Source of the DNA: Sedimentisphaerales bacterium
GTDB lineage: Bacteria; Planctomycetota; Phycisphaerae; Sedimentisphaerales; Anaerobacaceae
Reading direction: 5' to 3'
Length of the DNA: 64,000 nt
Assembly (NCBI GenBank): GCA_963708075.1
Contig: OY970194.1
Span: forward strand, 7,328,001-7,392,000
A program made the position numbers and the translations under genes. The notes beneath the pieces are model-generated. The model worked only from the letters and a program-made list of their open reading frames with translations, was not told the origin of the DNA and made no database searches. Below, one piece after another: positions 50,445-59,475 of the stretch (position 1 is its first letter; every line of letters starts with the position of its first letter).

Positions 50445-50506
50445 GATTCTTGATGTTTGATTTTTGATTTTGAAATCAACAATCGACAATCATCAATCAA
50501 CAATTC
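50445..50506. repeat. Heptamer-repeat hairpin in an operon spacer
   Basis: GATTCTT GATGTTT GATTTTT GATTTTG followed by AATCAAC AATCGAC AATCATC AATCAAC. Confidence 0.8.
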
Positions 50507-50542
50507 CATGAGCCAAGGAGACAACAGATAAGGAGCCAAGAG

Positions 50543-51580
50543 ATGAGTCCACATGCCCTCCCCAAACTACACAACGCCATGTGGCCCGGGCTGGTCGGCA
50601 AAGGAGATGGACCGGGCCAGGAGCCGCCGATCAGTCTCGAACGGATGCTCGAACTGACCGCCGGCGCCGAGGTGAACGGCCGGAAGTTCGACGGGATCGA
50701 CTACTTCCTGTTCCTGCCGCACACTGACCCCAAGGCTAGCAACAGCCAACTGAAGAAGATCGCCGACCTGATTCAGGGGTACGGCTTCAACGTCGGCTCG
50801 CTGGTCGCCCCGGTTTGGCCGGGTACGGTCGGGGATTCGGCGATGCGGGATGCCGCGGCCCGCAAGAAATTCCTCGACGCCGTGCGGATGGCGTGCCGCA
50901 TCGCCGGCGTGTTCAACGAGCACGGCGTGCGCAAGTACGGCGTGATCCGGATCGATTCGGCGGAATTCGGCGTCGAAGAATGGCGCAAGGATCCAAGGGC
51001 GAACACCAAGAGGATCGCCGAGACGTTCCGCGAGGCGGCCAAGATCGCCGCCGATCACGGCGAACGCCTGGCCGCCGAGGGCGAGATCTGCTGGGCGGGC
51101 ATGCACAGTTGGAAGGCCATGCTGGATCTCCTGGAAGAAGTTGGAATGCCGGAGACGCTTGGCTTCCAGGCCGATATGGCCCACACGTACCTGTATCTGA
51201 TGGGCTACAATGCGCCGGAAGCTGCGCTGCTGAAGCCCGGCTATTCGGACAAAGAGTTCTACGACGCCTATGAAGCGATGGTCGATAAGCTGCGGCCCTG
51301 GACGATCGACTTCCACGTGGCGCAGAACGACGGCCAGGTGCACGGCGCCGGCTCGCACGACAAGACGGGCAAGCACTGTCCGGCTAATGACCCCAATGGC
51401 AAGCTCGACATCGTCCGCTGCGCCGGCTACTGGCTGAAGGACGCCCCGAAGCGCGGTATGCAGCACATCTGCTGGGACGGTTGCATGTTCCCCAACGCCA
51501 TGCTCGAAACGCAGAACACCTGGAATGAGATCCTGGATGTGATGCTCAAAGTGCGTGCCGCGCACGGGTGGAATGCGTAG
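50543..51580 (+). CDS. Xylose-isomerase-like TIM-barrel protein
   Basis: [21 protein letters not shown] and DFHVAQND motifs; AAGGAG RBS. Confidence 0.78.
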   Translation: MSPHALPKLHNAMWPGLVGKGDGPGQEPPISLERMLELTAGAEVNGRKFDGIDYFLFLPHTDPKASNSQLKKIADLIQGYGFNVGSLVAPVWPGTVGDSAMRDAAARKKFLDAVRMACRIAGVFNEHGVRKYGVIRIDSAEFGVEEWRKDPRANTKRIAETFREAAKIAADHGERLAAEGEICWAGMHSWKAMLDLLEEVGMPETLGFQADMAHTYLYLMGYNAPEAALLKPGYSDKEFYDAYEAMVDKLRPWTIDFHVAQNDGQVHGAGSHDKTGKHCPANDPNGKLDIVRCAGYWLKDAPKRGMQHICWDGCMFPNAMLETQNTWNEILDVMLKVRAAHGWNA

Positions 51581-51597
51581 GGTGTGCTGTGCGCACC
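51577..51597 (+). repeat. GTAG-type REP overlapping the upstream stop codon
   Basis: GTAG-GGTGTGC-TGT-GCGCACC. Confidence 0.6.
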
Positions 51598-51645
51598 ATC
51601 TTCGTGGCATCGAGAATCTGAGACCTTGAATAAGGAACTACTGCA

Positions 51646-52785
51646 ATGACCAAACGACTGAACGTCGGCATCATCGGCTACGGCTTCATGGGCCGCACAC
51701 ACTCCAATGCCTACCGCAAGGTACGCAATTTCTTCGATGTGCCGTACGAGCCCGTCCTCAAGACGATCTGCGGATTGGAGGAGAAGGAGGCAAAAGCATT
51801 CGCCGACCGGTGGGGCTACGAGTCATACGTGACGGACTGGCGCAAGGTGATCGACGACAAGAGCATCGATGTGGTGGATATCTGCGTGCCGAACAACTAC
51901 CACGCGGAGCTCGCCATCGCCGCGGCGCAGGCGGGCAAGATGATCATCTGCGAGAAGCCGTTGGCGCGGACCGGGGCGGAAGCTGAGCCGATGGTCCAGG
52001 CGGTCGAGAAGGCGGGGGTCGCCAATCTCGTCTCGTTCAACTACCGGCGGGTTCCGGCGGTGACGCTGGCCAAACAGCTCATCGACAGCGGCCGGCTGGG
52101 TCGCATCTTCCACTATCGCGCCAACTTCCTGCAGGACTGGACAATTTCGGCGAAGGTGCCGCAGGGCGGCATGGCGACGTGGCGGCTGGACGTCAAGGCG
52201 GCCGGCTCCGGCGTCACCGGCGATCTACTGGCCCACTGCATCGACACGGCCCTGTGGCACAACGGTCCGATCACCTCTGTGTGCGCCATGACCGAAACGT
52301 TCATCAAGGAGCGCATGAACGTGGACACGGGCACGGTCGCGCCGGTCGGCATCGACGACGCCTGTACGTTCTTCTGCCGCTTCGGGAACGGATCGATGGG
52401 CAACTTCGAGTCCACCCGGTACGCCCGCGGGCACAAGGCCCTGTACACCTTCGAGATCAACGGCGAGCATGCCTCCATCGCCTGGGACCTGCACGACCTG
52501 CATCGGCTCAGCTACTTCGATCACCGCGACGAGTCGATCGTTCGCGGCTGGCGGTCGATCCACGTCACCGATGGCGACCAGCCGTACATGGGACACTGGT
52601 GGGTGCCGGGGCTGCAGATCGGCTACGAGCACTCCTTCGTCCACCAGGTGGCCGATTTCCTGGAAAACACGGCCAAGGGCAAGCCGACGTCGCCGACGTT
52701 CCGCGAGGCCCTCGCGACCCAGTACGTCTGCGATGCCGTGCTGGCCTCCGCGAAGAACGGCAAATGGGAAAAAGTGAAATCATGA
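51646..52785 (+). CDS. Gfo/Idh/MocA family NAD(P)-dependent oxidoreductase
   Basis: [13 protein letters not shown] and GDLLAH motifs. Confidence 0.92.
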   Translation: MTKRLNVGIIGYGFMGRTHSNAYRKVRNFFDVPYEPVLKTICGLEEKEAKAFADRWGYESYVTDWRKVIDDKSIDVVDICVPNNYHAELAIAAAQAGKMIICEKPLARTGAEAEPMVQAVEKAGVANLVSFNYRRVPAVTLAKQLIDSGRLGRIFHYRANFLQDWTISAKVPQGGMATWRLDVKAAGSGVTGDLLAHCIDTALWHNGPITSVCAMTETFIKERMNVDTGTVAPVGIDDACTFFCRFGNGSMGNFESTRYARGHKALYTFEINGEHASIAWDLHDLHRLSYFDHRDESIVRGWRSIHVTDGDQPYMGHWWVPGLQIGYEHSFVHQVADFLENTAKGKPTSPTFREALATQYVCDAVLASAKNGKWEKVKS

Positions 52786-52791
52786 CGGAAT

Positions 52792-52861
52792 AGGACATGG
52801 TGGACGTGGCGGACGAATAGGACCTATAGGTCCTATCGGTCCACAACGTCCACGGCGTCCA
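52792..52861. repeat. 9-bp repeat palindrome in an operon spacer
   Basis: Four GGAC units and four GTCC units arranged around a central CCTATAGG; shares ATAGGTCCTATCGGTCC with the 30890 repeat. Confidence 0.8.
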
Positions 52862-52878
52862 GGAAAGGGCAACAAGCT

Positions 52879-54099
52879 ATGGCGGTAAAGAGAATCGCGG
52901 AAAGAGCCCTGGAGCAGGGCGGTGGCATTTTGCGTCTGGCGCCGAACTGGGTGCCTCGGTCGTTCTGCGTGCCGGGGCGGCGGATCAAGCTGCATCCGGA
53001 CGATTACTATGCGATGGGCGGCGAGCGGGGCGGCATTGACGAACGTTGGTTCGCCTCGACAACGCCGGCCGACAACGGGCCATTGACCTCGCCCAACGAG
53101 GGACTCAGCTTCATCGTCTTTGAGCACGCCGGCAAAACCGAGCGAATCCTCCTGCGCGATGCCATCGAGGAGCTCCAGGGCGAGATCATCGGGCCGCGAA
53201 TCTGGAAGAAGCACGGGCGCTGGCCCATGTACTCGAAGTTCTTCGATAACAAGGGCGCTTTGCCGCACCATATTCACCACCGCGACAAACACGCCAAGCT
53301 CACGGGCCAGCTCGGCAAGCCCGAAGCGTACTACTTCCCGCCCCAGGCCAACAACCATGGCGGTGATTTCCCCTACACCTTCTTCGGCCTCAACCCCGGT
53401 GTGACCAAAGACCAGGTCCGCAAGGCACTGCTGGACGGTGCAGAGGGCAGAGACAACTCGATCACGTCTCTGGCTCCGGCTTACCGGCTCGATGTCGGGA
53501 CCGGATGGGACGTTCCGCCGGGCGTTCTTCACGCCCCGGGCAGCCTGTGCACGTATGAGCCGCAGAAGGCCTCAGACGTCTTTGCCATGTACGAGAACGT
53601 TACCCACGACCAGGTCGTGCCCAAAGAACTGTTGTGGAAGGATACGCCGAAGAATAAGAAAGGCAACGTCGATTGGCTGCTCAGCGTCATTGACTGGGAG
53701 CTCAATGTCGATCCGGATTTCGTGAAGAATCGCTTCATGCGGCCGAAGCCCGTGTACCCCGTGAAAGAGATGGAAAAGCAGGGCTTCATCGAGAACTGGA
53801 TCTGCTACAAGTCCGACGCCTTCAGCGCCAAGGAGCTGACGGTCCTGCCGGGCGCGACGGTGACGATCAAGGATGGCGGCGCCTACGGCTTCATCATGAT
53901 GCAGGGTCACGGCACGATGGGTGTCTGGGACATTGAGACCCCGACGATGATCCGCTACGGCCAGCTCACGTTTGACGAGTTCTTCGTCACCGAGCAGGCC
54001 GCCAGAGGGGGCGTCACGATCACGAACACCTCCGGGGCCGATCCCATCGTCATGCTCAAGCACTTTGGGCCCGGCAATCCGGACCTGAAGATCGAATAG
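52879..54099 (+). CDS. Cupin-fold protein, mannose-6-phosphate-isomerase-like
   Basis: KFFD...LPHHIH, KPEAYY, VPPGVLHA and YEPQ..SD motifs. Confidence 0.72.
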   Translation: MAVKRIAERALEQGGGILRLAPNWVPRSFCVPGRRIKLHPDDYYAMGGERGGIDERWFASTTPADNGPLTSPNEGLSFIVFEHAGKTERILLRDAIEELQGEIIGPRIWKKHGRWPMYSKFFDNKGALPHHIHHRDKHAKLTGQLGKPEAYYFPPQANNHGGDFPYTFFGLNPGVTKDQVRKALLDGAEGRDNSITSLAPAYRLDVGTGWDVPPGVLHAPGSLCTYEPQKASDVFAMYENVTHDQVVPKELLWKDTPKNKKGNVDWLLSVIDWELNVDPDFVKNRFMRPKPVYPVKEMEKQGFIENWICYKSDAFSAKELTVLPGATVTIKDGGAYGFIMMQGHGTMGVWDIETPTMIRYGQLTFDEFFVTEQAARGGVTITNTSGADPIVMLKHFGPGNPDLKIE

Positions 54100-54181
54100 T
54101 GTCATGGCCGGCGTTCGAACGTCAATGGAAAGGTGCGCCCGACGCAGCGCACCTTTCCTTTTTGGAGGGCAGGGAGCCGAC

Positions 54182-55144
54182 GTGAGTCCGGAGCCCATCT
54201 ACATCCAGATCAGCAAGGTGGATAACATCCGGCATGCATATCTCGGCCTGGAAGGGACGGTCCTGCTGTTCGGACAGAGGCAGGGAGCGACCGATTCCGA
54301 GCTGCAGATTCCCGTGGAGCTCGCCACGATCAGCGAGGGCCGGCGATTCAAAGGCTCGCGTCTGATCGCGGCGCTGCTATCCTTATTGCTGCCGCTGTTG
54401 GTTGTGGGTCTTTTCTATGGGCTGACCGTCGGTTTCGCGTCGAACGAGGACGCGGCCGCTGCCGCCGAGCCTGCGATCCTTGGCCTCTTTGCCTTGGGCA
54501 CTTGTCTCATCGGCCTGATTGCATTCCTCATTCTGCTGGTCATGTTCTTCTTTCGGGTCAAGACGGTGCGGCTGATCGTCGAGCCGAGCGGCACTCTCAT
54601 CGAGTTCTATAAGCACCGCCGGCAGGCCGGCGAGATCGATGGGTTTATCGAGCAGGTTCACCAGCGGCAGGCCCTTGTAAGTGAGTCATTGGCCGGCGCG
54701 GCCAAGAGGCCCGTGGGCTTCGCCAAGGAGCACTCCGTTCTCCCGAAGCTGGCGGCATTTCTTTGGATCGCCGCGATGCCGGCCGTGATTACGGAGCAGC
54801 CGTTGCTGCTGGTCCTGCCTCTTGGTGTGCTGGGTTGGTTTGCCTGGCGGCAGATTCAGTATCAGAGACAGCCGTGGGAGTATCGCCAGGCCGTTCGCAG
54901 CTATCTCCGCGGCGATCTCGATAGTGCCATCGACGCACTGCAGAGCCTGCGGCAGCGCCTGGCCGATTATGTCCCCGCGTACTTTTTCCTGGCGGAGGTG
55001 TTTACCCGCACCGGCCGGTTCGAGGAGGCCCTGGACATGGCGTCGTACCTGTCGGGCGATTACCCCGATCTGGCCCGGCAGATGCAGAGCGACATCTGGC
55101 TGTTCAAGCGGATTCACCAGCGGCGTCAAGGCGAGGCACTTTGA
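54182..55144 (+). CDS. Hypothetical membrane protein with C-terminal TPR-like helices
   Basis: Several hydrophobic segments; AYFFLAEVF..GRFEEAL; start uncertain (54104 is an alternative). Confidence 0.6.
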   Translation: MSPEPIYIQISKVDNIRHAYLGLEGTVLLFGQRQGATDSELQIPVELATISEGRRFKGSRLIAALLSLLLPLLVVGLFYGLTVGFASNEDAAAAAEPAILGLFALGTCLIGLIAFLILLVMFFFRVKTVRLIVEPSGTLIEFYKHRRQAGEIDGFIEQVHQRQALVSESLAGAAKRPVGFAKEHSVLPKLAAFLWIAAMPAVITEQPLLLVLPLGVLGWFAWRQIQYQRQPWEYRQAVRSYLRGDLDSAIDALQSLRQRLADYVPAYFFLAEVFTRTGRFEEALDMASYLSGDYPDLARQMQSDIWLFKRIHQRRQGEAL

Positions 55145-56330
55145 TTCTGGCACCGCATCGCGGGCATTTTCCTGTCGCCCCGGCGTACCGGGCCGGGACC
55201 TTGATGTCCTTGCCGCAATGACATCGCAGTCGGATGTGCCCGTCGCCTTCAGATTTCAAATTCCGGATTTTGAAATCCCTGCCGGGGCGGGTATCCGGGA
55301 CTCGGACCTTTGCCTTGCAGTGCGGGCATGTGACGAGCTGGCCTGCGTACTGCCGCGTCGCCCGGATACACTTGCCGCACGCGCAGCCGACGACAACGAG
55401 ATTGTCACCCGCCGAAGCGCGTGCGACCTCCCCTGTAATGGGGTCGATCAGGGGGATAGGTTTCAATGGCGGTGGCAATGACGCCGGTGAAGGCGTCGGC
55501 GAGGGTGGTGTTGAGGCCGTCGCCTCCTGCTCCTTCAGCTCTCTCATCAGCGGTGTGAGGGGATTGTAGTATTCCTCGTAGCGATCCTTCCCGCCATGTT
55601 TTCGCTCCTGCCAGGCCTGCCACAGGGACTTCTCATATCTTTCCATCGTGATCCAGCCCTTGTAGCACAGGAGAAACGCGATACCGAACCCCGCGCCAAA
55701 ACCGCCCAGGTGGGCGAAATAGGCGACATCCTCGCCGCCACCGATCGCGCCAACGATGTCCCAGAACAGCCAGAAGAGGATGAGCCAGATACCGCTCACG
55801 TCAAACCACCGCACATACGGAACGATGAACCAGAATGCGAACAGGCAGGTGATCTCGTTTTCATAGAAGAGGACCAGGTACATTCCGACCACGCCGTTGA
55901 TGGCGCCGCTGGCTCCAAGCGCGGGACCGGGACTGAACAGCAGATGAGTCACGCCGGCGGCCACCCCGAGAAGAACGTACAGGAGGAGGTACTTCAGGTT
56001 GCCCAGCTTCGCGCAGACGGCATTGCCGAAGAGCCAGAGAAAGAACATGTTCCCGATCAGGTGGAAAAGTCCGCCGTGCAGCCACATGTAGCCGAAGAGC
56101 CCCTTGAGTCCCCAGCCTTTCAGCATCAGGTCTCCGGTGATGCCGGGGACTGCCATCTCGCTCTTCCCTTCGGGCACGCGATGCTCGACACGGCTGCTCT
56201 GTTCCGCTATTTCCACAAAGTCGGGCACCTGGAGGCAGAAGACACCGATGGTGGCCAGGATGATCAGCCAGTTGACGACCGGCCATCGGTCCTGCGGCAC
56301 ATCTACTGTCCATGGTATGAGGAGAAACAT
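55104..56330 (-). CDS. Rhomboid intramembrane serine protease with two C-terminal zinc-ribbon motifs
   Basis: HGGLFHLIGNM, GASG and AHLGG motifs; CACGK..CPHC and CHCGK..CPRC. Confidence 0.9.
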   Translation of the reverse strand: MFLLIPWTVDVPQDRWPVVNWLIILATIGVFCLQVPDFVEIAEQSSRVEHRVPEGKSEMAVPGITGDLMLKGWGLKGLFGYMWLHGGLFHLIGNMFFLWLFGNAVCAKLGNLKYLLLYVLLGVAAGVTHLLFSPGPALGASGAINGVVGMYLVLFYENEITCLFAFWFIVPYVRWFDVSGIWLILFWLFWDIVGAIGGGEDVAYFAHLGGFGAGFGIAFLLCYKGWITMERYEKSLWQAWQERKHGGKDRYEEYYNPLTPLMRELKEQEATASTPPSPTPSPASLPPPLKPIPLIDPITGEVARASAGDNLVVVGCACGKCIRATRQYAGQLVTCPHCKAKVRVPDTRPGRDFKIRNLKSEGDGHIRLRCHCGKDIKVPARYAGATGKCPRCGARIKVPRLDAAGESA

Positions 56331-56569
56331 CGGTCTCCTTCCTCCTGAGGCACCACACCTGCGGCTTCACACTCCAGCCGCATTGTACCAGGAACACACT
56401 CCGGAATACAGGCGCAAGCCCCTTTCTTCAGCGGCGGACCGCTTGTCGAATCCACGCCGTCCTTATGGAAAGGACGCTCAGCGACTGCGATTCTTCACGC
56501 GTGGGGACCGTTCTTTGAAGAAACAGGCCGGGTGGTGGGCGATACGGGGCAAGGATGAATTCCGCTCCC

Positions 56570-57616
56570 TCACGGGATCAGGTTCTTGCGCACATCCGCC
56601 AGCGGGATCTCGGCGTAGCAAATGGAGGTGTCGGCGGCGCCATAGTATAGCTTCAGCACGTCATCTTCGAACAGGAGCCCGCAACTGAAGACGACGTTTC
56701 CGAAGAAGCCGGAATGTTCGTACGGGGCCTGCGGCTCGAAGAGGGGACTGTCCGATCGTGCAATGATCTTCCACGGCTGCTCGGTGTCGAGCAGGACCGT
56801 GCCGAGACAATAGCGATTGTCTCGATCTGCGCCGTGGTAAATCTCAAGCCAGCCTTCGTCAATGCGGAAGGGCGCTGCGCCGGCTCCGATGCGGATCTCG
56901 TCCCACATCCCGTCTCGTGTACCCATCAGGCGGCGGTGATTGCCCCAGCGGACCAGGTCGGGCGATTCGGCGAGCCAGATGTCGTTTCGCCGGAAGAGAG
57001 AGGAGTGTGGGCGGTGCAGTGCGTAGTATTGACCCGCGATGGAGGCCGGGAAAAGGACCACGTCTTTGTTGTCGGGGTGGAAGATGATGCCGTGACGTTC
57101 GAAGGAACCAAAGTCCCGCGTGGAGGCCAGACAGGTGGTGACTCCGAGCGGTGAGACGGCGACATAGTCGATGTAGTACACGCCGTCAATTTGCGTGATC
57201 CGTGGGTCCTCGATGCCGAACGTTTCGTACTCGTTGGCGGCATGGATCGCCGGTGCGTCGGCCACCTGGAATCGAATGCCGTCGGTGCTGCGAGCCAGAC
57301 GCAGATGCGAGATCGACGTCAGGTACGTTTCCTTCGACCGGACGATCAGACGCGGGTCCAGGAAATCGTTCCGGGGATCATCTCGCGAAAATGGCTTGGC
57401 GACAATCTCATGGCGATCCACATCATAGATCGGACTCAGGACGATGTTGACATCACGGTTGATCGGCCGCTCGGCCACACGCAACAGGAGAAGCACCTCG
57501 TCATCATATCGAGCCACTGCCGCATTGAAAACGCCAATGACTTCGAAATCCTGCCGTGAGGGCTTCACGTCCTCGGGCCGAAGGATCGGATTCTCTACCG
57601 CACGAACAATCGCCAT
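56570..57616 (-). CDS. GH130 family glycosidase/phosphorylase (second paralog)
   Basis: NPIL..VFNAA, LRVAE, SISHLRLARS, GIEDPR, NKDVVLFP, ALHRP and YYGAAD motifs. Confidence 0.88.
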   Translation of the reverse strand: MAIVRAVENPILRPEDVKPSRQDFEVIGVFNAAVARYDDEVLLLLRVAERPINRDVNIVLSPIYDVDRHEIVAKPFSRDDPRNDFLDPRLIVRSKETYLTSISHLRLARSTDGIRFQVADAPAIHAANEYETFGIEDPRITQIDGVYYIDYVAVSPLGVTTCLASTRDFGSFERHGIIFHPDNKDVVLFPASIAGQYYALHRPHSSLFRRNDIWLAESPDLVRWGNHRRLMGTRDGMWDEIRIGAGAAPFRIDEGWLEIYHGADRDNRYCLGTVLLDTEQPWKIIARSDSPLFEPQAPYEHSGFFGNVVFSCGLLFEDDVLKLYYGAADTSICYAEIPLADVRKNLIP

Positions 57617-57893
57617 CTTTGAAACCCCCATAGATCCACTCGGTCGCCGATAGCATGAAAGTCGTCTTCTTCCAAGCCTATCGGCGGAGCCTCGTTTCTG
57701 CAAGAGCGATTGTGGCGTACGCCAGGGCTTACGCATCTAAATTGGAATCGGGCTTCTTGCCCGCGAAAACGCCTATCGGACGCTCACAAGTTCGGTGGCC
57801 CGGCCGATCCGTGATCCGAGCTTTCCGCGTTTCCGCGCCAATAGTCAGCGTCGAACAATTTAGATGCGATAGCCCTGTGGCGTACGCGAACAT

Positions 57894-57931
57894 GAAGAAA
57901 GGGAGAGACGGACTGCATGTCCATCTCTCCC
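57894..57931 (-). terminator. Probable terminator for the 58056 gene
   Basis: Stem GGGAGAGACGGAC/GTCCATCTCTCCC, followed on the minus strand by TTTCTTC. Confidence 0.6.
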
Positions 57932-58055
57932 CTTCGGTTCGAGCGTCTCAGAGGTCGCAGGCACCGCCGGCATGCCCGTCTCTTTTCATAGCCCCGATCC
58001 CTACTGCCGGACTGGCGCCGTGCGGCAACTGAGCTGTTCCATCAGCCTGGCTCGA

Positions 58056-58514
58056 TTACAGAGGCTTGACTTTGATCTTCACGGTGGCGACCTGAACGTC
58101 CTTGGTCCCAGCGGGCTGGCCGGTCAGATTCGCATTACTCAACGTTGCGCACACCTTCACTGTCGTGCTGCCGGAGTTGCAGTCGGTGGGATCCAGAGTG
58201 ACGGAGTAGCTCCCATCGATGGCGCCGGTCTTCGTGATGCTGGCGCTCAGAGTCAGGTTGAAGTTGCTCTCGACGGCCATGTCGGTGCAACCTTTGAACT
58301 TGTGGATATCCTGCTCATCCTGAACCAACTTGATTCTCAGCGAGCTCTGATTCTTGATGCGGACAAAGTACCCAACGTCCATCACAACCGGAATCGTAGT
58401 GATCTCGAGTGCGACGAACTGGCAAGGCCATTCATGTGTTTTGATCTCGCCTGCCTGCGCGCTGACCGCCAACATGGCCAAGACGGCGACAGTAGTAACA
58501 AATCCCTTCATCAT
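58056..58514 (-). CDS. Small secreted beta-rich protein of unknown function
   Basis: Signal peptide ending AQA, four Cys, Thr/Val-rich; AAGGGAG RBS. Confidence 0.72.
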   Translation of the reverse strand: MMKGFVTTVAVLAMLAVSAQAGEIKTHEWPCQFVALEITTIPVVMDVGYFVRIKNQSSLRIKLVQDEQDIHKFKGCTDMAVESNFNLTLSASITKTGAIDGSYSVTLDPTDCNSGSTTVKVCATLSNANLTGQPAGTKDVQVATVKIKVKPL

Positions 58515-59115
58515 CTTCACTCCCTTTCCAAGCTTTACTCTCGCTCCAGGCGGGCCGGTCCGGCCCGGGAGCTATCTCCAATGATTGGCGGCTCGGCTAT
58601 GCGATGCCGCACCGTACTTCTCAGCGGGCAATGCTGCGTTTCACGATCTGTTCGGATTGCCCGTTTCCCGCGCGAACAGCCGCGGCCCCGAATGCACCTG
58701 AGTGTTGCCTGCGATTCTCGCTCTCACTCGGCATTTGTCTTTCATTATTGCCATCCAAAGAGGGGGGGCCAACATCCTCGGATGAGCCGCGGGCCTTCAG
58801 CAGCTCGCGACATGTGCATTGTCGATACTACACCTCCTTTCTCCTTACCTCCCTGAGAGGGCTTTTCAGGGGTCAAACCTTTCCATAGGTCCTGGGTGTA
58901 GACCCTTGGCAGATTACAGAGTATGACTCAGGAAGCAGATGATGGGTCATAATAGAAGAAGAAGTGTTTTGCTGGATACCTCAGTAGACCGATCCAGTGG
59001 TCATTTCCTACCTCCTTGACTCTCTCACCCTGCTACCCAGCGGGCCGGATGCACCACTCGTAGGATGCTTAGCCCGTAGCGACCTGCTTGCTCACCACAG
59101 TTCGCTATGTTGGGT

Positions 59116-59145
59116 ACACTACCACGACATTGCTTGCCGTGTCAA
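59116..59145 (-). promoter_or_regulatory. Possible sigma70 promoter pointing toward the 58514 gene
   Basis: TTGACA-N18-TAGTGT with a TG extension. Confidence 0.45.
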
Positions 59146-59323
59146 GCGAAATTTCCGATTTTGCCCAAAGTATCTGCGGCAGTTGTCCTGGTCGCCCTGT
59201 ATTACCCATACCACCAATCGATGCGATAGTGATCTGTCACAGCCACAGGCACTCGCACATTTGGGATGTCCATTGCCTCTGGTTTCCCCCGGGCGACAAA
59301 ACGGGGTCGGTCACTTTGGGTCG

Positions 59324-59351
59324 TTGATTTTAGGACCTCATCTGGTATAAT
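59324..59351 (+). promoter_or_regulatory. Possible promoter for the LTD/CotH gene
   Basis: TTGATT-N16-TATAAT with extended -10 TG. Confidence 0.5.
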
Positions 59352-59475
59352 AGGAGATGATCGGTGAACCTGTACGATCGCGGCGGGGTGGAACTGCCTG
59401 TCTGCAGTCGCCCGTGGATGTTGTGCAAGCGGCTTCCAGGCTCTTGCCTTACTATCAATGCTGGAGAGAGGACGA

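Noticed and set aside
58860..59100. Possible c-di-GMP riboswitch
   Set aside because: Only fragments resemble the consensus; the GGCAAA / GNRA / GCAAAG arrangement is absent.
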